From the human T2T-CHM13v2.0 reference genome, Homo sapiens: DNA of 64,000 bases. Positions 48,728 through 63,839 of the stretch are shown piece after piece. The notes under the pieces were generated by a model, which did no database searches, was not told where the DNA came from, and saw nothing but the letters and a program-made list of their open reading frames with translations. A program made the position numbers and the translations under genes. Position 1 is the stretch's first letter; every line of letters begins with the position of its first letter. The stretch is taken from NCBI RefSeq assembly GCF_009914755.1, contig NC_060942.1. The stretch is one strand, 5' to 3'.

Positions 48728-49080
48728 ATTAAAAACATCATACTTCCACCTAAGATGATACAACTATCCTGTATACTCCTGAAAACATGCTAACCCTTTC
48801 CCCAGAAAAGGACGCAAAGTCCTTGGGTGATGCTTACTCTTGTCCTTGATATCCTGTAAGTAAAATGCTCAGATATAAAGTTAACTTTTAATGCATCTCA
48901 CGTTAGATGATAGAGGGATACAAAAGGGAAGAAAACGGACGTAGATGGTTTAAAAAAAAAAAATATATATATATATACTAACATATTCATAACAAAGAAT
49001 AAAGAATTACTTATAGCTCTTATAGTCCCCATCTCTGCAACTGGTCCCATGGCCATAACTGGTATGTATAATTGCTTTCT

Positions 49081-49385
<305 letters not shown>

Positions 49386-50412
49386 TCACTACCTATTTCA
49401 TATTCCCTTTGCCATCAGCAAGCACCTCAGCTGGTCATGGTTCTTTGTCTAGTGTAGTGACCCAAACCTTTATTCCTGAAGGGGCTGGGTCGTTCATAGT
49501 CCTGCAGGAATTGGGTTGTTGTAGTTTCCCATTGACTTTACTCACAGAACATAGAACTAAGAGATGTCCTAAGGAATCCTCCTGTATTCCAGACATACTC
49601 TTCCTTTGTGTAGTAGCAACCTATTTCCCCCTTGATTATCATGATCAGTCACCCTAGCAGTATAGTACCCTCTTCTTTGCCTCTTAATTCAGAGACTTGA
49701 ATTGATCAAAGTAGCTAGGTAGCAGTGTCAACTTCCAGTTCAATGGAATCATTGTTGTGTCTCCTGTTGGAAGTATTCTTCCCTTTGGAACCTCTAGACC
49801 AACAGACCCTAAAGTCATTGAGAAGAGAAGCAAAAATTTTGCTAGCAGGTCAGCTGGGGAAATGGTTAGTTGGAGCCATTTCCATTTCCATCCTTTCTTT
49901 CTTGGGCCTGTGAACCTTAACTACGGAGGAAACAGCACCATATATTAGACAATGATTTAGAGCATCCCAGAGGACCTTTCCCTAGTCCCACAAGCCATTG
50001 CCACCTAGTTGGCACTGTTGGGTCTTCAGAAAGACATTTCACCATTTTCTCAAGACAGCTGCTTTGTCATGATGGGGGATATGCTAAGATCAGAAGATTT
50101 CATGAACATGAGTCAATTACCATATTTCATTTTCTTTGAAGGCAGTTTCTTGATCAGAAGCAATGCTATGTGAACTGCCAATATTGTGGATAAAACACTC
50201 TGTAAGTCCATGGATGGTGGTTTTGCAAAAGTATTATGTGCATAAAAGGAAAATCCATATATAGAGTAAATGTCTCTTTCAGTGATAGCTACAGCCTATC
50301 AGTTTGAAAATAAAATAAAGGAAAGTTATAGATAAACAAGGAGATAAAGCTTGAATGAATGCTGTGGTACTAGTTTAGAGAAAAGACATTATATGTACTC
50401 ATGTTTATATAT

Positions 50413-50785
50413 TGTCTTAGTCGGCTTGGGTTTCCACAACAAAAATGCCATATATTGGGTGGCTCAAACAACCCGAAATTTATTTTCTCACAGTTAGGCA
50501 GGTTGGAAGTACAAGATCAGAGTGACAGCATGGTTGGGTTCTGACTGGGGCTCTCTTCCTGGCTTGTAGATGGCCACCTTCTTGCTGTGTCCACCATGGC
50601 TGAGAGAGTAAGCAAGCAAGCTCTCCAGTGTCTCTCTATATAAGAGCACTAATCCTGCCACCACCTCCCCATGAATTCATCTGAACCTAATTACATCTTC
50701 AGACCCATCTTCAAATACCATCAAATTGGGGGTTAGGCCTTCAATATATGAATGAGGATGGGGAGCCCACAATTTAGTCCATAGT
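50413..50785 (-). mobile_element. MLT1A-like MaLR solo LTR
   Basis: TGTCTTAGTC...AAACAACCCGAAATTTATTTTCTCACAG...CAAATACCATCAAATTGGGGGTTAGG...AGTCCATAG. Confidence 0.8.
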
Positions 50786-52492
50786 GTGTGTTTGTGTGTG
50801 TGTGTGAATGTATGTATAAAATGACAGTGGTCATTTACAACAATAAGTATAGATTTGTGTTAATATACATGGTATGTATTTCCTACCTTTGTCTGCTGAG
50901 AGGGCCTTGAAGCAGTCATACCCAGTTGCAGTGAGTTCGCCTAGCACCCAGATACCAGTTTCTAAATACCATTCTCCAATAAAAGAAGCTCTTAGAGAAA
51001 TGGTTTATTGTAGGGATGGGGCAAAGAAAAGGAAAGATGAGCCTGTAAAAATGTCATTAGTTTTGACAAATGTAGTACTGTAAGATATTGACTTCAGGGG
51101 AAACTGGATGAAGGGTATATGGCAACTCTCCTGATTATCTTTGAAACTTTCCTGGAAATCTAAAACTCTTCCAAAATGAACACTTTATTTTCAAAAACCA
51201 AAGGTGTAAAGACAATATAATATGCAAATGAATCAGAGGCAGGGGAAGCATAGATTAAAAAAAAATTCATCTTGATTTTACAACATACCAATTAGTCTGT
51301 GATCTAATGGTAGCTACAATACTTTAGCAATAAGAAAAGATAGGATTGCAAATAGAATTTAGTTATGCTGACTCCCAGTGACATTTACTAATGCCCTGCA
51401 TGAGAACAGTAATGTCAGGTGTTTTGTCATTTATTTGGTTATTTGTTTCCTTGTAAAATGATACACAGAAGTTACTTTGGCTGAGATGGAATGGTGAAAA
51501 AAAAATCAACTTGACCTTATAGGAAAGAAAGGGGGATGAGAAGAGATGAGTAATTATTTAGAATTCCTGGTAGTTTGATAAAAAGATTACATAATCTTTG
51601 TCACTTTGTTAGTAAAGTTGGTAAAGAAGCGCTGGATGGTGTAAGAAATGATGAATAGTTTTACTTAAGACAAAGAAGGTCTGGTAGTTCATCCAGAGAA
51701 CCAGCCCAGAAACTCTCAAGGAGAGCCAGAGAGGCTCTAGTTCTGCCTGAAAGTGAAATTCCTAGCTGTGAAGTAGTTTTCTATTCTGATTTCTATTACT
51801 ACAGAAATTTTGCTGTATTGGTCTTTGAATCATAAGTGGTTTATGTGCAAGCAGGTGTCTTTCAGAGAAAACCAAAAAAATGGATACTTTTTTAAAGCTC
51901 CACTTTATTAGAAAGTTTGAAGAGTTTCTAGAGAGAATGAAGAAATTAATATAAAAGGAATCTGGAAAGTATAAGATTCTGAGAAGCATCGAGATTTTAG
52001 AAATTTCTAGCTTTCTTAAGTGGGCAAAAGCACTGCCAGGTAAGTGGTAAGTGGAAAATATGACAGCTTAAAGAGAGGAAAGACAAACTCTATTCTATCA
52101 TACTTACAGAGATTTTGCTTCTTGAAAAATTATAATGAAAAGAATAAAAACCAAAACCATGAAGCTGGATTTTTAAAGTTTTAGAGTTTAAAGAGCCTAT
52201 AAAGGTATAGTCCAACTGTCTCATTTTATGAATGTGTGAACTAAATAAACATATGTAAAGGAGGAGGAACAGAAAGAGAATAAATCTAGTGAGCATTATG
52301 TATATATCCAACCATTTGAAAAACACGAAAACGGCAAAGAAAATTTCTAAGTTATTGTAAAATCAAGGAAATCTATTGTCTTCTATAAGAAGAATTCATC
52401 AGGTTAGTTGAAGATTCGATTATATCCATTTGGAGATAATGTAATGTCAACCTGACATAATTCTAAAGAAAGTGTGCCATCATTTTAGGACT

Positions 52493-52537
<45 letters not shown>

Positions 52538-52564
52538 GCATCTATCGATCTATCTATCCATCTA
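52493..52564. repeat. Compound tetranucleotide STR (TCTA)11 TGCA TCTA TCGA (TCTA)2 TCCA TCTA
   Basis: Read directly from the sequence. Confidence 0.97.
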
Positions 52565-53179
52565 TCGTTACAAATAACCAATTGAGACTCTTCAAATTTA
52601 ATAATTCTCTGGGAATCACGATGTGACTGTATATCACAAACATAGATTTGAGGTATAGGATCATGTCCTCAGACAACTAGAAAAATGATTTTTAGCTGTA
52701 GGTGAATTACTTTATATAATGACTGGAAAGAACATCAAAAGCTAGCTTTCCTAGTTAAGACAATGTTAAAGTGAATATAGAAGAGTTAGTAGGATAAAAC
52801 TCTGAACATATTATTTAGGATAGTAGACATGTTGAAAATAAAATGAAAACACTTTCATTGGACCTTAAGTTTTTTGAAGAGATGCAGGCCTCCTATTTGT
52901 TATTTAGGTGAATGCATGAATGAAGGAGGTGTTTGACAGAGAATGTGTATGTGTGTGTGTAAAACATATGAATGGCCATTGAAACCAAGGATACCCAAAT
53001 AGTCTCCAAGAGAGATTATTACAGAAAACTGAAACTGGTAGCCTCAAGGCTGAATCAGACTTACAGACATAGTATATAGTATTTGGTTGGCATGATGTTT
53101 TTAAACATTTAGAATTTGAGTGCATTTAGATGACATGACATGAAGCTAAAATAGAATCCCAAATAATAGCAATATTTCA

Positions 53180-53950
53180 AGAATTAGCTGTGAAAGAGGA
53201 GTCTGCAATGGAGACTAATACAAGCAGTAAGAAAGACTGGTAGAAAACCAAGAGAAAATTGTGTCATAAAAGTCAAAGGGAAAAAGAATTTCAAGAAGAG
53301 AGTAATAATTATTGTGTCGTGCTTAAAGGGTTATGTGATAAGGATGAAAACGTGTCCATTGAACTTAGTAACAGAGAGAGTGAGAATGGAAGATAATGGG
53401 CTTTGGATTGAGTGGGAGGTGAGGAAGTAGTAATGACAACAGGACTTAACCATGAAGGGGAGAAGAAGCAGGGAGTTGTAGCTGCATGCAGACTTAGAGT
53501 CAAAGGTGGGTTTTGTTAAGTCAAGTAAGTCACAAAGATATTTAAATGTAGATGACAAGGAAGCAATATGAAGATGTTAAAAATACAGGAGAGGGTATTA
53601 TTGATCAAAGGAGATCCCAGTGATATAGGACCTAGAATTTGAATCACAGGTGGAAAAATTATCGTCAGTCAAGAGAAGGAAGATTTTACTACTGTAATAG
53701 GAGGGAATGTGGAAAGGACAACTATGTTGCAGTTGATGGGTTTGCCAGCAGGTAGTAAGGGTATTTCCATGTGGTATTCTCAATTTTCTCTGTGAATCAG
53801 GAGGTGAGATGGTCTGCTTACTATAGTACGGGAGGTGAGGAACATATAGGGCTGATGGATAGTGAGGTTGAAGGTTTGAAACAACTTCTGTGAAGAGCTT
53901 GAGAAGTGAAGGAAAGAGTGATGACCAGGAAGACACAGAAAACACGGTTG
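53180..53950 (-). mobile_element. L2 remnant
   Basis: Purine-rich degenerate L2-like sequence (GTGTCATAAAAGTCAAAGG...GATAAGGATGAAAACGTGTCCATTGAACTTAGTAACA). Confidence 0.55.
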
Positions 53951-54044
53951 ATGATTTTGTGTTTCTAGCTGATTTTAAAAATAATGAATTTGTACTGCCT
54001 CTTTAGAAAGCAGACCTGTTAGGGTATTGAAGTAGTAATGTATG

Positions 54045-54240
54045 TTATAAGACAGTGCAGTGCAATGATTTAATAGCTCAAGCTCTGGAATGAGACCTGG
54101 GATTACCTCTCAGCTCTGCCAATAGCTAGTTGTAGAACTTGAGCAAATATTTAACCTTGCTAACCCTTGGTTTCCCCAGCCTTTGTAAAGAAAACTTCAC
54201 AGGATGGCTGTGAGACTGAAGAGAGAAAGCATTCTCACTT
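54045..54240 (+). mobile_element. MIR
   Basis: GCTCTGGAATGAGACCTGGG...CTCTGCCAATAGCTAGTTGTAGAACTTGAGCAAATATTTAACCT. Confidence 0.65.
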
Positions 54241-54559
54241 GTTAGTATACTAGAGAGCATTTCAGCAAAATCAAAGAGAGAAGAAAAACTGAATGTCTTA
54301 TTCTACTCTTAAGAATTCTTGACTGCCTGTTGTTAGCATTTCACATTCTAAAAGGAGATGAGGGCAACCAGTAGAGTTGTCATGTTCAGCCTAGTTATGA
54401 CAAACAAATTAAAAATTGATCATAATTAGATATGTAACCAAAACTTTTTAAAAAGTGAAAAAAAAGAGAAGCTTGATTTTCTGACCTGCAACTCAAAGGG
54501 AGAAAAGTCAATAGAGCTGACAAACTATCAAAAATATAATTCTAATCATGCAAATACAA

Positions 54560-55220
54560 TTTATTGAGAAATTAAGAGAAAATTTTTAGATGGTGGTATA
54601 CAAATAAGATGTGCATAAGGATGGACATAAGAGAGTTTCAAAGAACAGTAAGAATACATTAAATTTAATAAATCCCAAAATAAGTTTAGGGTTTTAAAAT
54701 ATGCCATGGGTGGCTAAAATAGAGTATGTGATTTGGTTTAAAGGATTAATAACAAACTGAGGTTAGGCATCAAAGAGACTGAAACAGTACTCAATTTTTC
54801 CTTTTCTTTCAAGAAAATGATCTTTGGTCTAGAAAGAGTAGAACAACCGTTTGTACAAGAAAACTAAAGCAAAGGATAGGTGAGGTGTTTATTTAAAATA
54901 CACACACACATATGTAAATAAGATATATAAATTCAATTCTTGCAGCTTAGTTTACATACATGTCAGGATAGTAAAGGTTCCTGTTAATAAGCTTGCTAAT
55001 CCTTTATTAGTAACCTTGAAGATTTGTGGAAAACCATATAGGTGCCAGGAGGCTAGAGATGTATAAATTTAAGAGAGAGATTCTGTATACTATATGCCAG
55101 TGCAGTAGACATTAATTCCAAACATGATGGTTAGTTCTAAAATGATTTATGATCTGAGAAGGCATATTGAACACATATGGTTACCAGTTTCTTCTCCAGA
55201 ATGCCTCGTTGACTAAATAC
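54560..55220 (+). mobile_element. L3/CR1 ORF2 relic
   Basis: Degenerate CR1 RT-upstream motifs (a VPxxW/R-like GGTGCCAGGAGGCTAG; a YxPVxxTxIP-like CTATATGCCAGTGCAGTAGACATTAATTCC). Confidence 0.5.
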
Positions 55221-55299
55221 TAAGGTTGCAAAATGCTAAGCTAAGACAAAATGCAGAATACTGGTGGACAAAAATAAAAAATAAAAAGAGATGTTTGGA

Positions 55300-55940
55300 A
55301 AATCCAAACTTATACCTTTCTTCTCACTCATTTCAAATAGATTTGTACCTGGTTGCTCAAGCAAATAATTTTATGAACCACCTTGACTTAATTCCCTCCT
55401 TCCCTCACCTCTTACCATACAGTTTATAGTAAGTCCTGTTGACTCTATTTCCAAAATTATCTAGTTTCCGTCATCCCTCCGTTATCATGACTTCCATTCT
55501 AATCCAAGCTACCGCCATTCCCACCCAGATTATTGTGGTTTCCTGTTGACCAATTTTCCTGTTTCTACTTGTAACTCCTACAATCCATCCTATACAAAGC
55601 AGTCAGAATGGTCATTTTAAAATGTGCATCACGGTCATGTCAATTTCAAGGATTATTTCTGTTTCAGTATGTTTTACATACTTCTCTATTTCACATACTT
55701 GAAATAGAAATCTGAACTCTATCCTAGTTTACAAGTCCATACATGTTGTGACTTTTGCATACCTCCCTGACCTCATTTTATTCAACTGCCATTCTGGCTC
55801 AGAATGTTCTAACCACAGTGGTCCTTCAGTTCCTCTAATATGCTAAGCTTATTATCATTCCAGTCCCCTCGTGCTTGTAGTTTCCTCTGCCTGGAATGAT
55901 CTATCCCTACATTCTTACATGACTGGCTTCTTATGCATCA
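55300..55940 (+). mobile_element. L2 3' region
   Basis: AAGTCCTGTTGACTCTATTTCCAAAA...CAATCCATCCTATACAAAGCAGTCAGAATG...TTCCTCTGCCTGGAATG. Confidence 0.65.
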
Positions 55941-56121
55941 AGGAAAATAGCAGTGAGGTGTCACTTCTCATTCTTCATATTGACAAAAATTAAACAGTGG
56001 CAGGAAAAATGGCAAAATGTTTATCTGTTAAAATATATTTTGTAAAGCAAGCTGGCTCCACAGTTAAAATGGAAAACATATGACTTAATGAAGATGAAAA
56101 CAGAACATATAAAAACTTGTG

Positions 56122-56410
56122 GGCTGGACGTGGTGGCTCATGCCTGTAATCCCAGCATTATGGGAGGCCGTGGTGAGTGAATTGCATGAGTCCAGGAGTT
56201 TGAGACCAGCCTGGGCAACATGGTGAAATGCTGTTTCTACAAAAAATTAGCCAGGCATGGTGGTGCATGCCTGTAGTCCCAGTTGCTCAGGAGGTTGAGG
56301 TAGGAGGATCAGCTGAACCTGGGAAGTCAAGGCTGCAGTGAGCCATGATTGCACCATTGCACTCCAGCCTGGGTGACAGAGTAAGACCCCGTCTCAAAAA
56401 ACAAACAAAC
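56122..56410 (+). mobile_element. AluJ/S
   Basis: Dimer with (CAAA)n tail; flanks aaacttgtg / aaccttgtg. Confidence 0.9.
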
Positions 56411-56779
56411 AACCTTGTGTGGTGCAGCTAAAACAGTGTTTAGAGGGAATCTTATAGCATTTAATGCTTATATTAGAAAGTTTAAATGTTTTAAATTGGT
56501 GATCTGAAATTCTACCTTAAAAAAACCAGAAAACAGCAAATTATACACAAAATGAGCAGAAGTAAATAATAAAGTTAGAAGCAGAAATCAATGAATTAGA
56601 AAACAGAATAATAATAGAGAAATCAATGAAACCCAAAGCTAGTTCTTTAAAGGTGTCAATAAAATTGGCAAACCTATACTCAGAACAATCAAGAAAAGAG
56701 GGAAATGACAACAGATTACCAATCTCAAGAGCGAAAGCAGAGGCATTTCTACAGATATTACAGAGTTAATAAGGAAATA

Positions 56780-57383
56780 CAGATTGGTCATCCCTAATCT
56801 GAAATGCAGAGTGGTCCAAAATTTGAAACTTTGTGAGCTCTGATATGAGATCAAGCAGAGAATTTTACATCTGACCTCATGTGACAGGTTGCAGTCAAAA
56901 CACAGGCACACACAGCTTGCAGTTGCTATTGTTGAACAGTTGGTACAGATATTCTGATGTTGCTACTGTGCTGCTTAGTTACCCTGAACATATTAATTTT
57001 TCCCTGTGTTAATGGTATGTCATATTTTTTTTACTGTTAAGTACTTGTGCGTGAATGTGTGCAAAAAATGATTGCTTATCAGTAGCATATAAATTTCAGA
57101 GTCAGAAATGATAGTGATGTTAACCACAGATTGTCTTCATAAGTGGCTGATGCCTTTGTTTTCTGATGGTTCAGTGTGCACAAATTTTGTTTCGTGTGCA
57201 AACTTATTAAAATGATTGTATAAAATTACCTTTAGGCTTTGTATATAAGGTATATGTGAACCATAAATGAATTTTATTTGGATCCCATCCCAAAATATCT
57301 CATATGTATGCAAATATTCCAAAATCCAAAAGAACTCAAACACTTCTAGTCCTGAACATTTCACATAAGTGATACTCAACCTG
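56780..57383 (+). mobile_element. Tigger4 (Zombi)-type DNA transposon derivative
   Basis: Terminal inverted repeats CAGATTGGTCATCCCTAATC ... ATAAGTGATACTCAACCTG; internal GACCTCATGTGACAGGTTGCAGTCAAAAC. Strand follows the recalled consensus. Confidence 0.75.
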
Positions 57384-58502
57384 TCATATAAACAACTTTA
57401 TGCCAATAAATTCAATAACTTAGATGAAATAGAAAATTTTCTTGAAAGACAAAAACTACCAAAAGTAGCTAAGGAAAAAATAGATAATGTGAATATCTGA
57501 TCAGATTATATCTATGAAGTTGAATTCATAGTTTTAAAAAACCTTCCCCCAAAGAAAACTTAGGTCCTAGAAGGCTTAGGTCCCAGATGGCGTTACTGTC
57601 GAATTCCACCAAACATTGAAGGAACATATAATAAAAATTCTTGCAAAAAAATGAAGGAAGAAGGAATACTTTCAGACTCATTTTGAGGCCACCATTACTC
57701 TGATACCAAAATCAAAGATTATAAGAAAAGAACACTACATACCAATATCTCTCATGAAAATAGACACAAAAATCCTCAACTAAATATTAGTAAGTTGAAT
57801 CCAGCATTGTATACAAATATTTTATGACCAAGTTGGTTTTATCCAAGAATACAAAGTTAACTTACCATTTGAAAATCATACATATGATTTACTATATCAT
57901 CAGGCTAGAAGAGAAAAACCACCTGATTTGTTTCAACAAATGCAAAAAGTTGACATCCATTCATGATAAAAAAAATCTCTCAACATACTAGTAATAGAAG
58001 GGAACTTCCTCAACTTGGTAAGACTGATCTGTAAAAAACCTGCAGTTAAAATATTTTGTGGTAAAAGACTTCACCGTACCCTACTAAGACTGGAAACAAG
58101 GCAAAGATGTTCACTCTATTGACTTCTATTCGGCATTGCACTAAAAGGAAAGGCAAGAAAAAGAAATAAAAGGCTACATTACTGGAAAGGAAGTAGAACT
58201 TTGTTCACATATGATGTTATTATCTACTTAGAAAATTCTAAGGAATCTGCAAAAAAGTTACTAGAACTACTAAGTGAGTTTAACCAGGTTCAGCTAAACA
58301 AACTTGAATACAAGAATATACAAAAATGAATTTTATCTCTCTGTCCTGGCAAAGGGCAATTAGAAGTTGCAGTTTTTTAAAAAACACACACGTTCATAAT
58401 ACCATTAAAGAATATAAAATACATACAGATAAATCTAATAACATCTGTACAAGAACTGTACACTGAAAATTAAAAATCAGTGCTGAGGTGAAGGAAACCC
58501 AT

Positions 58503-58656
58503 GGCCAGGTGCAGTGGTTGACACCTATAATCCCATCACTTTGGGAGATGGAGGCAGGAAGATCCCTTGAGCCCAGGAGTTCAAGACCAACCTGGGCAAT
58601 GTAGGGGGACCCTATCTCTACAAAAAACAAAAATAATATAAAATAAAAATTTAAAA
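58503..58656 (+). mobile_element. FLAM / left Alu monomer
   Basis: Single left arm with an A-rich tail. Confidence 0.82.
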
Positions 58657-59255
58657 AGAACCCCTGAATAAATGGAGAGCAATGCCGGGTTCATGAATCA
58701 GAAACCCAGTGTCATTAAGATGTCAATTCTCTAACAAATTGATATGTGGATTCAATGCAATCCAAATCAAACTCCTGGCAAGCTTTTTACAGAAATTTAA
58801 AGCTTACGGTAAAATTTATGTGGAAATACAAAGGACTTTAGAACACCCAAAATAATTTTTTTATAAAGAACACACTACATGATTTCAAGACTTGCTATAA
58901 AGCTGCAGTAATAAAGTTCAGTACTGAAATAACAGTAAACATATAGATCAGTAGAGCAGAATGGGAGTTTCAGAAATAGGCCCACATATATATGTTCAAT
59001 TGATATTTTTTAAAACAAAAGTGCCACAGTAATTCCATGGAGGAAAGAAATGATGCTGAAGCAATTGGATCAGTGGATTGAAAAAAAAAAGTTGAGTCTT
59101 ACCTGACATTATATACAAAAATTAACTCACAGTTATATATTTAACTCACACTTAAATATGTAAGCTAAAAGCTATAACAATATAGTTGAGGAAAATATTT
59201 TTAAAAATCTTTGTGACCTTGGGCTATGCAAAGATTTTTTGTAACACAAAAATCA

Positions 59256-59556
<301 letters not shown>

Positions 59557-61413
59557 AAAAATCACTAATCATACCACACCACATGCTGATGAGGATGTGG
59601 AGCAATGGGAACTCTCATATGTTGCTGATGAGAATGCAAAATGATACAGCCACTTTTTAAAATAGTTTGGGAAGTTTTAATCAAATAAAACATACTCACC
59701 TACTACCCAACAATCTCTCTCCTAGGTATTTCCCCAAGACAAATGGAAAAACAAGGACACAAAGACCTGTACATGAATATTCATAGCAGTTTTGTTTCTA
59801 ATAGCCAAAAATTGGAAACAAGCCAAATGTCCATCAACTGGCAAATGTATAATAGACTAATAGACTGGTTCATCCATACAATAGAATACTCCTTGTATCA
59901 AAAAGGAACAAACACGTAATACGTGTAACAACATGGGTGAACCTCAGAAGCATTATGCTAAATGGGAAAAAAAAGACAACAAAAAAGACCATATATGGTA
60001 TGATCCATTTATTGGCAATTCTAGAAAAAGCAAAACTATGCAGACAGAAAACAGATCAGTGCTTGCTAGGAGCTGGGGATGGAGTAAGGGAAATGACTGC
60101 AAAGGGACCTAAGGGCACTTTTGAGGTGATGGAAGTATTTTGTACCTTGATTATGATGCTGATAACATAACTGTATACATTTGTCAAACTCATTGAACTT
60201 TGTATTTTAAAAGGATAAATTTTATTGATTTATTATACCATACCTCAATATTAAAAAAAACCCTAAAGATGAATCTGCTTATTGACCTCAATTCCATTCC
60301 TATAATTTTTTCCTTGGAAGTAAAATTATCAAAACAAAATATGTGGATAAGTATTTTTATGGCAGCATTATTTCCAGTGGAAAAAAAAACCACGTGAAAA
60401 GAACCTGAATTTCCATCATTAGGAGAGTGACTGCATAAATTACAGTGTGTCCATTTTATGGAATGCAACCTACTGCAAAACAAACAGCGTAGCAATATAC
60501 ATGATAAGCAAAAAGTCAATAGTTATTTTCATTTTGCTTTTTTAATTAATATTTAGTAAGTCCAATGAAAACAAAATTTAAACAAAAGTGTACAGGTATG
60601 AAACAACTTAATTTGTGGCATGATTCTGAGAAATTGAAGGAGTATAGGAATAGAGAGCCTATTTGACCCTAAGGTTGTGATTTCTTTCTTCCGGTGGAAG
60701 AGATTGAGAAGATTAGATTACATTTTCTTTTCAGAGTTAGCCACCCTAATTTCTTCAATAGTAAATATTTACATAATCATAATATGGCAAATGATACTTA
60801 TTGGTTTTTAGTTTCAGAGTTAGTCTATAGACAAACACAGGAAAGAATTGTATGCAGAATGGAGAGGAAATGTGAATACCAACAATGTAGAGTTGATGCT
60901 ATAGCTGACAGAAGGCCAGAGGTGAAGTCTGTGAAGAAGGGTGGAAGGAAGTGTGGAGAACGAATTTCTTCCTCCTACCTAGTGTGGAATTAAGAGAGAA
61001 TTTCACCAATTAAAGTTGATGAAATAAGAAATAAAGGGTTCAGTATGTTACTGAAGTATGTCTTGTTAACTAATAGAATTTAAATGATATAATTAGTAAA
61101 GCGAGATATGAGGAGAGGAGGGAGAGGTCTGAGCTAAATACTCATCTTTCCTATAAAGAAATGGAAAGCCTCCTAAGCTGATTAATTAAGAAATAGAGGT
61201 TTATGGATAATATATGGCATTGTGAGTTTTATGTATACTATATAGCATAACCACAGGAAGAACTCACAAGGAAACAAATGGGAATAAAATTGAGCATAGG
61301 GCAGGAAAGTTAATTTCATTTATGCTGTGCTGTAGTGTTAAAAGTTTTTAATCATATACATATATTACTTACTTTTTAAATGATTTACCACCAAAAGAAA
61401 TGTTAGCCTAGTC

Positions 61414-61731
<318 letters not shown>

Positions 61732-62133
61732 TCATTTTTACAAGGTTTCTGAACTGGGAGATAAGAGAAATATGGTAGAAAAAAATAATCCTGATTTCAC
61801 AAAGGCATTTGAACAAGAGCTCTTAAAATGCCCCATGGATAAGAAAAAAAGAGTATGTGTCTTTTCATAATACAATTAGAAGATTTCATCTCTGGAGCCC
61901 TGTGACTCAAACGAAGCTTACACTGATTTTTTTCTAGATTTCCTTTTAGGGTTTGGGGGATTGGTTTTGGCCATATGTTCCAGGGCTTTGTGCTCCATCC
62001 TGTCCTATTTGTCATAACCCCAGTATCATTTTATTGGGTAATTAATAATATGAATTATATAAAATTTTAGTACATTCCTAATTGCATTTACTCATCACGT
62101 CAAATCTTTAAAATAATAGATTAAATCACAATA

Positions 62134-62204
62134 GGGGTAGGGCCTGGGAATGTGTATTTTCAGAAAGCTCCCTGGGTGATTCCGATAATGTTTGGGAACA
62201 ACTA
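62134..62204. mobile_element. MER5A-like fragment
   Basis: GGGGTAGGGCCTGGGAATGTGTATTTTCAGAAAGCTCCCTGGGTGATTC. Confidence 0.6.
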
Positions 62205-62530
62205 GACAAGATCCTTTCTATGCTTGAGTTATACTTGTGTGATTTAATTTGTGAGACTTACATGTTCTGTTAACATATGACTATGTTCAGTAACATTTTA
62301 TTGTAATGTTTTTGTCATTATCTTTAGCAAATAGTTTTGCCTATCTTTAGGGCCACTGGAGATTCAAAGTAGTGTCAAACTTTCCCTCGCTTTCTAGAGC
62401 AAGTATGTGCCAATGATGGCTGAGTAGTGCATCTGAAGTCAACCTTGTGGACCATAGTTTGTGATCCTTTGATTCTGTGTTTGTAGCACCTTTCAACACT
62501 GTAAGAGAGGTTTGCATCTCCAAATGAATG

Positions 62531-62558
62531 AACTATATAAACTGCAGTTTATATAGTT
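62531..62558. repeat. Perfect 28-bp palindrome
   Basis: AACTATATAAACTGCAGTTTATATAGTT equals its own reverse complement. Confidence 0.95.
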
Positions 62559-63839
62559 TGTTTTTTCATGCCTGAGTGATTATTATATATATTCATATTT
62601 AGCAACCCCCTGCGTCTACCCAATAAACAACCCAGCATCACACCTAACAGTGAGCATTTTTGGTGAAATACACTTGCTGCACAGACACAGAAGCCTTTTT
62701 GCACAACACAGCTCAACAGATAACAGTTTCAAATTGCAGAATTTTAAAACTATGGTTCATTTGGCAACTATACAGTAGTGCCTGTAGCAACAAACATTAT
62801 ATGAGGAAAAAAAAGACTATCATGTAAATTATATATAACTGTTAACATTAAGGTAGCATGATTGATTTAAACTAGTCACACTCGGGGGTAACTAGAGACT
62901 CTCATTTTATCCTTATTCATACTCTGAGGCTTTTCATACTGTTGGAGGGTTCTGGGGTCAAATGAATGCCAGGGCATACATAGCCCATACAAAAGACAAG
63001 AAATCCAGGATTTTACAGCTCAAAGCTGGCTGCTCTATTATGTGTCCTTTTAAGTGTTTTCTTAAAATCTCTTTAAAATGCTATTAATTTATTTTTGCCC
63101 TGCTTTCTATTATATTCTTATTTACTTTTAGTGGATGATGGTTTTATTAATAGGACCCAATGGCAAAAAAAAAAGGAGAGATTTCAGAATTGCTGTTTAT
63201 TTACCCAAAGCTGCCTTCTATCTATGTCCAAGGGCCATTTTTGAGGCCCCTGTGATGGAATATGGTGGGTATATACTCATGGTCATATTGTGTATCCGAA
63301 AACAAAAGGTCTTGTAGCATGCTTTATTTAGAATTTTTATAGAAATTTCTTTGATTCTACATGTTACTTTATCAGCTTGGTTGTTGTTATCGAGTGTAAT
63401 AACAAAAGCCCTACAGAGAGATTTTTGGTACTGCTTGTTCCAAGGAGACAAGGAATCCTCTTGCTGGTTGCTTTATTTAGTAGTCAAAACATAAAACATT
63501 ATTCTGTAAATGCCAGAGAATGGGTTATTTTTGTAATGCACATTGGTCAGGTGAGGTTTACGTCCATCTATTGCATGGGCAGAAGAGAAGGGCCAATTGG
63601 AATTGGAACTCCTGGTAAATTATCAAGGAGCATATTGGGAGGTAAGTTGACTTTTCTTCAGTAAATGGGGAATATGCATTCCCTTAAGGTAAATTACATA
63701 GTCTGATTTAGGGAACTTTGGATGGTATTTTTAAAGTTTATCACAAGACTTTTATTGATAATATAGGAATAGGGCTCCTTTTCAAACTGCTATTATCAGT
63801 GGTAAGGGCTGGAAGATTTCTTACTTTACCTTTGACTGA

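Noticed and set aside
62351-62402. Possible 52-nt exon (tatctttag|GGCC...GCAA|gtatgt)
   Set aside because: Sites of this quality occur by chance in large introns; in the host phase it hits a TAG, and there is no transcript evidence.
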